A stretch of DNA of 64,000 nt from Candidatus Latescibacterota bacterium (GTDB lineage: Bacteria > Latescibacterota > UBA2968 > GCA-2709665). Every line of letters begins with the position of its first letter. The first letter of the stretch is position 1. Under the pieces are notes generated by a model that was not told the origin of the DNA, did not search any database, and saw only the letters and a list, made by a program, of their open reading frames with translations. The position numbers and the translations under genes were made by a program. Location of the stretch: positions 1,632,001-1,696,000 of the forward strand of contig OZ242180.1 in NCBI GenBank assembly GCA_965205485.1, in the 5' to 3' direction. Of the stretch, positions 10,838 through 18,106 are shown piece after piece.

Positions 10838-11173
10838 CTATTCCCGCCACGCCGGCTGTGTAACATGCACCAGCAGCGCGCCCTCCGGAACCGTGATCAC
10901 GGTTGACGTTCCCTCTTCGATATATCCCAGGTCCCCGACCTCGAAACGTACGGGCTCGTGTCCTTCCGCGTGGACTTCCAGCGCGCCTTTGAGCATGAAG
11001 AAGACCTCATTGTAGTCGAAGGTCCATTCCAGCCGGCTGGGTTCGAGGTATTCCGTGAATCCTGCGGCGAGGCAGTCGTCCTTGCCGAGTATCGGGTCGG
11101 AAACCTGTACCTTGGCCCCGGGCGCATCGTACAGCTTCATGTCCCGTTGATCCGGTTTGACGATTTGTACCAT
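10838..11173 (-). CDS. Cupin protein, EutQ-like
   Basis: LAAGF...WTFDYNEVFFMLKGAL...GDLGYIEEG; RBS AAGGAGG. Confidence 0.8.
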   Translation of the reverse strand: MVQIVKPDQRDMKLYDAPGAKVQVSDPILGKDDCLAAGFTEYLEPSRLEWTFDYNEVFFMLKGALEVHAEGHEPVRFEVGDLGYIEEGTSTVITVPEGALLVHVTQPAWRE

Positions 11174-11247
11174 AACAACCCTCCTTAGCGGACGTGGCAG
11201 CGAAAAGCGGGTAGAAGGGAAACGGGAGAGGGCCAGCGTGTGACCAA

Positions 11248-11337
11248 GCTGTCAGCCGTCAGCCATCAGCTAAAACCAGAAAACCGATCAAGTTGACATC
11301 AGCGCTATAATCTGGACCCCACAAGGGGCGCCCCTAC
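11248..11337. repeat. Heptamer repeat (TCAGCYR) plus partial GTAG-type REP
   Basis: GCTGTCAGCCGTCAGCCATCAGC and CCACAAGGGGCGCCCCTAC; related to 25842-25913. Confidence 0.6.
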
Positions 11338-11356
11338 AAATCCAAATACGGCGCGT

Positions 11357-11538
11357 CCGGTGGTGTGGGGGGTTTTTCCGTGTCAATCCGTCCCGCACCT
11401 TAGTTTTGGTTCGCCTTAGGGGCACTTAGGCCACCCAATTCCCTCTGCGGCACTGTGGTGATTCACGGAAAAACCGGCCCCGCGCCGAGCGGCGCCGTTC
11501 TTTTTGGCCCTTTTTCTTTGGCGAGAAAGAAAAAGGGC
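11357..11538 (+). repeat. Structured dispersed repeat family 3, copy A
   Basis: GGGGGTTTTTCCGTG...TAGGCCAC...CACGGAAAAACCGGCCCC + GCGCCGAGCGGCGC + GCCCTTTTTCTTT..AAAGAAAAAGGGC hairpins. Confidence 0.85.
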
Positions 11539-11686
11539 ATAAGATAATAAATAATAGGAAGTTAGTCGGATAATGGTTGCCTGCGGTCAGCAGAAACAAC
11601 CATGCCCATTCACTGTATCAGATCGCGCTCGCTTCGATATGCTCGACGAACATCATTGAGCCGTTAAAGGTATTTCCGGCGGGGGG

Positions 11687-14050
11687 TCACGGCTCCAGAA
11701 CCTGCCGTGTCTCCGCTTCCGAGGCAATGGTCTCCCAGTCCCACAGTTGAGGGATATACGATATGCCACATCGTTGTATTTCCCCACGGAGTTGTCTCCG
11801 CCAATGGTCCCCGACATGCCCAGAGTGCGGGCTGCCGGGATGCCCGGAGGCCCCCAGCGGCACGATCCACAACGAATTGCTCCAGTCCGACGGATCGTGG
11901 ATGTACCGGTTTACCGACATCCCGGTTGCAACAAAGGGCTCGCTCACGTCATACCCGCCAGCCAGCGGCACGTCTCCGTCCCCGTGCGTGGGCAGGCATG
12001 GCGGATCCAGAAGCCGTGCGCATTCCGGAAAAACCTGCGACAGCGGATGCCTCGGACGGGTGTGGTGGACGCGGCCCCACCGCCACTCCGACATCTCATC
12101 GCCCAAGCGCTCCCTGAGGTCGCCGACGGCCTGACGGAGACTCTCAGCCAGAAGGTCTTCCCAGCTGCGTCCCTCCGGCAACATAGACCCGTCGCCCCGC
12201 TCGAGGCCCAGGATCATCTCCAGAACGATCAATCGGATATGCGCCTCCCCTCCTGAAGCCCCTTCCAGCGCAGGGGCCGCCATTTCGCCCAGCAGGTGTT
12301 CCGCCAGGATTCGCGTGGCGCACAGGCGGGTTTGGGAATAGATCGTCGGCTGTGGCAGGTCCCGGTCCATGCGATAGTCCCACTCGCGCAGGAGAGCCAG
12401 GGCTCGCCCGGACGCCGCGTCGGGAGTGCTGATATTCAGGAGCGCCTGTGTAAAAATCCTCGCCGGAATCGACGTCCGGTCTGCGTGCATACCAGCCATA
12501 TCCTCCACGGTTGCCGTGCCAGGCTTCAGATCCAGTATGTCCAGTTGAAGCCGTCTGGCCCTGTATTCCGGACTGAAGTACAGCCCGACGTAGTGCGGAT
12601 AGTCGTGTCCGGCCACGCGCTGGTTGCAGGTCACCGCGTACCCGGCCTGCGGATCGATCGCCCGTGGCAGGTCGTCGTGAGGGATATACCCCTGCCACTC
12701 GTATTCCCCGGTCCACCCCGGTACCGCCCGCCATCCATTGGCCTCGGTACGAATGGGGATCTTTCCCTCGTGCAGATATCCGAATCCGCCCCGGACGTCC
12801 ACAACCGCATAGTTGTTCACCCGGTCGGTCCAATTCTCAAATGCGCCGTGCAGTTCCTCAGCGGTGGTCGAGAACATCGCCTCCCTTGCGGCGTCCAGCC
12901 ACGGGGTGCCTTTGATGAGGCCCGGATCGCTGATCGCGATTCCGTACCCGGCCTCGGGATTGCCCGCGATGACAGGGCCGTGATGCGTGACGGTCACTTC
13001 GATCTCTTCCGCCTCTGCGTCACGTACTTCAATTGTCTCACGCAGGACTTCAGCCTGTATCCACTCGCCCCTGAATGCATACTCCCGCCGGCCTGACGTC
13101 TCCCGGAAGCGCTCCACGAAAAGGTCCTGCGTGTCGGCATTTCCGTACGTCATTCCCCAACCCACGTGCTGGTTGTGGCAGAAGTGCAGGATCCCGGGCA
13201 TCCCGGGTATCGAAGATCCGATAATCGAGAATTCGGGACATGAGAGATGGGCCTGATAGTAGACGCTCGGCGTATCCAGTGCCCGGTGAGAATCCCCGCC
13301 CATCAGCGGCAATCCGGAGCGGGTACGGTCCCCAGAAATCGACCAGGCGTTGGACCCGGCGTCCGCCTCCTTCAGCCAGTTGACGTCCTCCAGCGCTTTC
13401 CCGAGTTCCTCCAGCCCGTCCACCGCAGGCCCTCGATACACCTCCCCGGGGGGTACGGTGAGCAGATGGCCGCCGGGATACCCCTTGATCATGCGCGCTG
13501 CCCTCTCGGGGCCGATTTCGAGGGCCAGGCGCGTCCGGAAGAGTTTCGGCTCAAACGTCCCCAGCAGGGTATTGCGCATCTTGTAGACGGCAATACAGTG
13601 CCAGTTCTCCCACGGTTCGGGCGACCTGTCCAGAAGTTTGTATTCGACCGGATACGTCGACGTCGTTTCGATGAATGCGTTCACGCCCGCGGTGTACGCG
13701 TCCACCATCGCTCTCGCGGCTGCGCCCGCCGCCTCGTAGTCATGCCTGGCGGTGCGCCCCATTCCGGCCGTACGCAACAGCCTGTCCTGGTCCACGCCGT
13801 CGGGGCCGGCGATTTCCGCCCACCGCCCCAGCGCCCGGAACCGGTCGTAGTCCATATGCCAGAGCCGGTCCTGGGCTGTCGCGAAACCCTGCGCGAAGAA
13901 TACGTCGTGTTCGTTGCCGGCGCGAATGTGCGGAATGCCCCACCGGTCCCGACAGATTGTAACCGCGTCGATCAGACCGGGCAGGCGTAGCGTGGAGGTC
14001 ACATCCGGCAGCGCGCCCTCAAGGTCGGCCTCCGTGAGCTCTACTGGCAT
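11687..14050 (-). CDS. Penicillin acylase family (Ntn hydrolase) protein
   Basis: RDRWGIPHI, AQDRLWHMD, catalytic GSNAW, GASGHPGSPH. Confidence 0.93.
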   Translation of the reverse strand: MPVELTEADLEGALPDVTSTLRLPGLIDAVTICRDRWGIPHIRAGNEHDVFFAQGFATAQDRLWHMDYDRFRALGRWAEIAGPDGVDQDRLLRTAGMGRTARHDYEAAGAAARAMVDAYTAGVNAFIETTSTYPVEYKLLDRSPEPWENWHCIAVYKMRNTLLGTFEPKLFRTRLALEIGPERAARMIKGYPGGHLLTVPPGEVYRGPAVDGLEELGKALEDVNWLKEADAGSNAWSISGDRTRSGLPLMGGDSHRALDTPSVYYQAHLSCPEFSIIGSSIPGMPGILHFCHNQHVGWGMTYGNADTQDLFVERFRETSGRREYAFRGEWIQAEVLRETIEVRDAEAEEIEVTVTHHGPVIAGNPEAGYGIAISDPGLIKGTPWLDAAREAMFSTTAEELHGAFENWTDRVNNYAVVDVRGGFGYLHEGKIPIRTEANGWRAVPGWTGEYEWQGYIPHDDLPRAIDPQAGYAVTCNQRVAGHDYPHYVGLYFSPEYRARRLQLDILDLKPGTATVEDMAGMHADRTSIPARIFTQALLNISTPDAASGRALALLREWDYRMDRDLPQPTIYSQTRLCATRILAEHLLGEMAAPALEGASGGEAHIRLIVLEMILGLERGDGSMLPEGRSWEDLLAESLRQAVGDLRERLGDEMSEWRWGRVHHTRPRHPLSQVFPECARLLDPPCLPTHGDGDVPLAGGYDVSEPFVATGMSVNRYIHDPSDWSNSLWIVPLGASGHPGSPHSGHVGDHWRRQLRGEIQRCGISYIPQLWDWETIASEAETRQVLEP

Positions 14051-14118
14051 GCATTGTCCTCTTCAATGGTGGTCTACGACGAACTCTGGCGTGCGTAATT
14101 CGATTATCGAACGGTTTT

Positions 14119-14153
14119 CTTTGTGTCTTGGTGCCTTTGTGCCTTTGTGTGAG
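14119..14153. repeat. 8-bp tandem repeat (CTTKGTGY)x4
   Basis: CTTTGTGT CTTGGTGC CTTTGTGC CTTTGTGT. Confidence 0.7.
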
Positions 14154-14167
14154 GATGACGTTGAATT

Positions 14168-15076
14168 CTAAGCCGACGCCACGCGGTCGAGCCAGCGTTG
14201 AACCGCCTCCGAGAAACCGTCTGCGTTGTGGTCGGACACCACAGGAAACCGCGCTCGCAAGGGCTCCGGGGCGTTTTGGACGACAAATGGAAATCCGCAC
14301 CAATGCAACATATCCGAGTCATTATAGTCGTTGCCGATGGCAGCGGTGCGGCCGGCGTCCACGCCCAGGCGTTCGCACAGCCTGGCAGCGGACCGGGCCT
14401 TGGAAACGTGCTTTGGAAAAATCTCGAACCACGTGGACTGGTGGTCGGAAGGCGACGTGGTCCGGATCACCGACAGGTCCTCCAGGGCGTTCGAGAGCGC
14501 GTCGTGAGTGCGCAAGGGATCCGTTTCGGTCGGACAGACAACCACAAACTGCGAGGCCCGGCCGTTTCCGGGGCAACCGGGAATCAACGGGCGACAGTGT
14601 TCCGCGTTGTATTGACGCCTGCGTACAAAATCGGGGTTGTTTTCGTTCTGCTCCCAGTACTCGAACGTATGGTTCTCCGGAACGGGCGCGTGGATCATGA
14701 AGTCATATCCGCCGTCGATAAGATGCCCGGTAACGCGGCGCACGTCTCCGGCGGAAAGGGAATGGGATTCCACCAGCGTCTGATCCCGACAATCGAAAAC
14801 ACCGACCCCGGACGAAGTGATCAGAAAATCGATCGGGAATGACTCGCTCAGGACGGTACGGGCCGACATATGCGACCTGCCGGTGACCACCGTCCGCCAG
14901 ACGTTCTTTCCGCCCAGCTTTTTCAGCGTTTCCAGGCTTCGGACGCTTGCCTTGCGATCGCTCTGCAGCAGCGTGCCGTCAAGGTCCGTAAACAGTGCAA
15001 GGCCCGATCTTTCTTCATCTGGCGCCAACCCGTGCCTCCATCCACGCGCGGTCGACCTTTCAGCCGCGCTGCCCAA
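14168..15076 (-). CDS. HAD-IIB (Cof-like) hydrolase
   Basis: DLDGTLL, VTGRS, SKA, GNDYND motifs; start uncertain. Confidence 0.9.
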   Translation of the reverse strand: MGSAAERSTARGWRHGLAPDEERSGLALFTDLDGTLLQSDRKASVRSLETLKKLGGKNVWRTVVTGRSHMSARTVLSESFPIDFLITSSGVGVFDCRDQTLVESHSLSAGDVRRVTGHLIDGGYDFMIHAPVPENHTFEYWEQNENNPDFVRRRQYNAEHCRPLIPGCPGNGRASQFVVVCPTETDPLRTHDALSNALEDLSVIRTTSPSDHQSTWFEIFPKHVSKARSAARLCERLGVDAGRTAAIGNDYNDSDMLHWCGFPFVVQNAPEPLRARFPVVSDHNADGFSEAVQRWLDRVASA

Positions 15077-15192
15077 GCATCGGCAAAACGACAGGAATAC
15101 AACACAAAAAACGGCGCACTACCGTGCGCCTTCTCTCTCATTCAAGGCCCCTGACCTGTCTTCGGTTCAGGCGAATCCTGCCGATCTGCCGG

Positions 15193-15774
15193 TCAATCCC
15201 GGGACCGTTTGCGGAAATACAACACCCGGTGCAGGGCGGTATAGTTGGACAGAAACGCAATGGCCCAGATCGCTATCGTCAGACCGATTTCGCCCACGAG
15301 CGCCCCCACGCCAATGGCGATGACCCGTTCAGGCCGCTGCATGAAACCGACCTTGCACTCCTCGCCCAGACCCTCCACACGCGCACGGATATAGCTCACC
15401 ATCAGCGAGCCAGCCAGCGCAAAAAATACGGCGGACGTGGTCCAGAGGGAGTCCGACCGTATGAAGCTGACCGCCACGCCGAACCAGATCACGATTTCCG
15501 AATACCGGTCTACGGTGGAATCCAGCAGGGCGCCGAACGTGGTTTCGCTCCGCCCCACACGAGCCACCTGTCCATCCAGAAAATCGAACACTCCCGCGAG
15601 CAGCACAGTCAGACCGGCCCACCGCAGGTAATCGAATCCGAAAAGCACCGCCGCGACGAGGTTCAGGAGGAACCCGACCAGGGTAAGCGCATTCGGCCGG
15701 AACCGCTTCTTGACAAGATACTGCGTGGAGGGTTCAAGCAGTTCGGCAACGTCGTCTTTAACCTTTTCGATCAC
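15193..15774 (-). CDS. CDP-alcohol phosphatidyltransferase
   Basis: PNALT, DFLDGQVAR...GALLDSTVDR; GTG start at 15774 (the longer ORF only reads through the MITE). Confidence 0.9.
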   Translation of the reverse strand: MIEKVKDDVAELLEPSTQYLVKKRFRPNALTLVGFLLNLVAAVLFGFDYLRWAGLTVLLAGVFDFLDGQVARVGRSETTFGALLDSTVDRYSEIVIWFGVAVSFIRSDSLWTTSAVFFALAGSLMVSYIRARVEGLGEECKVGFMQRPERVIAIGVGALVGEIGLTIAIWAIAFLSNYTALHRVLYFRKRSRD

Positions 15775-15793
15775 GAGCCAACATTCTCCATAG

Positions 15794-15939
15794 CAGTCCG
15801 TTGAGAAAGTCGCTCTGCAGGCGCGGTCGAAGACAAGGCGCGCGACCGAGTCCCATCCTGCGATTCGGCGAGGGAGCGCAACGCAGTATTTCGACCGCAA
15901 GGGCCGGCCGTAGCCCGGATGGGCTTTTTCAACGGGCTG
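15794..15939 (-). mobile_element. MITE family 1, copy 2 (inverted, small internal deletion)
   Basis: CAGTCCGTTGAG...TCAACGGGCTG; reverse-complement homolog of 9537-9695. Confidence 0.85.
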
Positions 15940-16104
15940 TGAGGCCGCAAATACCCACTCCCAGGGTATAAATTTACCCACTGCAGATTTTCCGAAATAT
16001 AGAATAATCGCAGGGGGGTAGCAAGGGAAATCTTCCAACCCGGACGCGCCGCGGATCGACCGATTTCCAACCGTCGACGGGAGGCGCGCTCTATGCCTCC
16101 GGAG

Positions 16105-16234
16105 TTATCCCGATGTTTTCCACATATCGCGGTTTCGGTAGTAGAGATTGTGAATTACTTCATATAAACTGAAAAATAACACTGATTTAATTATAAACAC
16201 CAGCGGCTGTCCACGTTTTCAACAATGTGAATTC
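16105..16234. promoter_or_regulatory. DnaA-box cluster around an AT-rich core
   Basis: TTTTCCACA 16116, TGTGAATTA 16149, TTATAAACA 16191, TTTTCAACA 16216 plus weaker boxes. Confidence 0.55.
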
Positions 16235-16316
16235 CCAATGCGTCAGATGCCCAATACGACACCTGTAGTCGACCCTCGCCGGGGCGTGCGGACGCCTGCT
16301 TCGTCGTCCTTATCCC

Positions 16317-16345
16317 TTGACATGCGCCGGCCGGCATGTTATTCT
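16317..16345 (+). promoter_or_regulatory. sigma70 promoter of the FAH gene
   Basis: TTGACA-17 nt-TATTCT with extended -10 TG. Confidence 0.65.
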
Positions 16346-16399
16346 TCGCACCCTGTTCGGCAGGACATCGTAATCCAAAAAAGAAAGGGTGTCCAACTT

Positions 16400-17257
16400 A
16401 TGCGACTGCTCACTTTTGAATACCAGGGTACACGACGCGTCGGCGTCCGTTCGGGAGATTCGGTCGTGGATGTGAGCCGCGTGGATCCGGACATTCCGCC
16501 GGATCTCGTGAGTCTGCTCGAGGCGGGTCCGGATGCGCTGGCCGCGGTGGGAGAAGCGGCAGCGCGGGGCGAGGGCATCGACGCCCGCGACGTCCGCGTG
16601 GCGGCGCCCGTCGGGAATCCGGAAAAGGTCCTCTGCATCGGCCTCAACTACGCGGACCACGCGGCTGAAAGCAATATGCCCATTCCATCGGAGCCGGTGG
16701 TGTTCTCCAAGTTCTCTTCCACCATCATCGGTCCCGGCGATGCAATCCGGCTCCCTTCGATCACGCAGTCCGTCGACTATGAGGTGGAACTGGTGGTCGT
16801 TATCGGAACGGCCGGAAAGGATATATCGGAGTCCGACGCGCTGGATCACGTCGCAGGTTATACCGTGGGCCACGACGTGAGCGCACGGGACTTCCAGCTC
16901 GAGAAACCCGGAGGTCAATGGCTGCTGGGCAAGACCTTCGACACCTTCGCGCCGCTCGGCCCGGACATCGTCACGCCCGACGAGATCGGCGACCCGCACA
17001 ACCTGGGCATTCGCTGTATTCTGAACGGTGAAACCGTGCAGGACTCGAATACGGCGCAGCTGATTTTCAGGATTGACCAGTTGATCGCCTACCTGTCCCG
17101 GGTCGTCACCCTGCAGCCCGGCGACCTGATCTTCACGGGAACGCCGCCGGGAGTCGGAATGGCCCGGGATCCGCAACTCTGGCTCAAGGCCGGCGACACC
17201 GTTGTCTGCGAAATCGACGGCGTCGGACGACTCGAGAATCCGGTTGTCTCGGGCTGA
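16400..17257 (+). CDS. Fumarylacetoacetate hydrolase family protein
   Basis: CIGLNYADH, DYEVEL, DVSARD, GKTFDTF, TGTPPGVG. Confidence 0.95.
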   Translation: MRLLTFEYQGTRRVGVRSGDSVVDVSRVDPDIPPDLVSLLEAGPDALAAVGEAAARGEGIDARDVRVAAPVGNPEKVLCIGLNYADHAAESNMPIPSEPVVFSKFSSTIIGPGDAIRLPSITQSVDYEVELVVVIGTAGKDISESDALDHVAGYTVGHDVSARDFQLEKPGGQWLLGKTFDTFAPLGPDIVTPDEIGDPHNLGIRCILNGETVQDSNTAQLIFRIDQLIAYLSRVVTLQPGDLIFTGTPPGVGMARDPQLWLKAGDTVVCEIDGVGRLENPVVSG

Positions 17258-17470
17258 CCGGTCGGAGGTCGAATAACCGGCTTTTCTCCGGCGGTTGCGC
17301 AAACCTCTCGGATCTCGTCGTTCCCGCTGTTCCCGGACGCCACCGATTTCGCATTTCAGACGTGAACGTATTTTATAAAATTCTTAATAAACAATAATTT
17401 ATATCCAACTTCTACACACACAAGCGTGTGTGCTTCTCTCGGAAAGAGCGGCGATCAGTTGCCAGCGGAA

Positions 17471-17508
17471 CCTCTCCCCCCGCCCCCTCTCCTAAAGGAA
17501 AGGGGGAG
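17471..17508. repeat. REP-like palindrome
   Basis: CTCTCCCCCCGCCCCCTCTCCTAAAGGAAAGGGGGAG. Confidence 0.5.
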
Positions 17509-17626
17509 CAAAACCCGGAATATCGGCCTTACGCGGAGACACAAATAAAGGCAGTCACAATTCAGATAGGCCCGGCACACCCGAAGAGCCGAAAGGAAGT
17601 CCTTGCCTGGAAAACTCACGACCGCA

Positions 17627-17825
17627 CGGTGGAGGAGAGGGGGGTTTACACCACAGAAGAGATTCCACGTTATTCCGTCAACCATTGAAGTATCGTGGGA
17701 TCGGATTCGTACGTAGGCCACAAACGATCGTCTACACCACAGAAGAGATTCGTGGAAAAACCGGCCCCGCGCCGAGCGGCGCCGTTCTTTTTGGCCCTTT
17801 TTCTTTGGCGAGAAAGAAAAAGGGC
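17627..17825 (+). repeat. Structured dispersed repeat family 3, copy D (internal duplication in left arm)
   Basis: TTCCACG...TAGGCCAC...CGTGGAAAAACCGGCCCC; 3' part identical to copy A. Confidence 0.85.
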
Positions 17826-17949
17826 GTAAGAAAATAAAAAACAATAAGTAATTGGAAAAACGTGCGACAAACAGCCATCTTTCTTCTTTCTAAATCATGT
17901 CTCCGGCGGATTCTTTTTCGTCCATTTTCGCACATTAGAAGTGGGACGA

Positions 17950-18040
17950 AGAGAAAAGCAAGTCGGTGTGATGTAAAGAGCCTCAAACCACCCGGAAGGT
18001 AGTCACGGGGAGCCGTTGTCCGCCGACAGGAGATCTGCCA
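17950..18040 (+). promoter_or_regulatory. Degenerate cobalamin-riboswitch-like remnant
   Basis: AAGTCGGTGTGA, TGTAA, CCAC..CGGAAGG, CAGGAGATCTGCC in the canonical order, upstream of a B12-dependent mutase; core segments missing. Confidence 0.4.
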
Positions 18041-18106
18041 AGAGGCTATGGACCAGCAGCGACGGGACGACCTCTAGATAGTCTTTCGCCGTATAATGTA
18101 TTTCAG

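Noticed and set aside
11294..11312. TTGACA...TATAAT perfect hexamers
   Set aside because: Spacing is only about 7 nt, incompatible with a sigma70 promoter
11357..11538. Family-3 hairpins as integron attC sites or known ribozymes
   Set aside because: No RYYYAAC/GTTRRRY boxes, no cassette array or integrase; hammerhead/pistol/HDV cores not matched by eye
15775..16038. N-terminal extension of the 281-aa ORF
   Set aside because: Reads through MITE copy 2; the real start is likely GTG 15774
17646..17751. 19-bp direct repeat as a mini-CRISPR
   Set aside because: Only two units, about 67 nt apart, no cas genes; explained as a duplication inside repeat family 3
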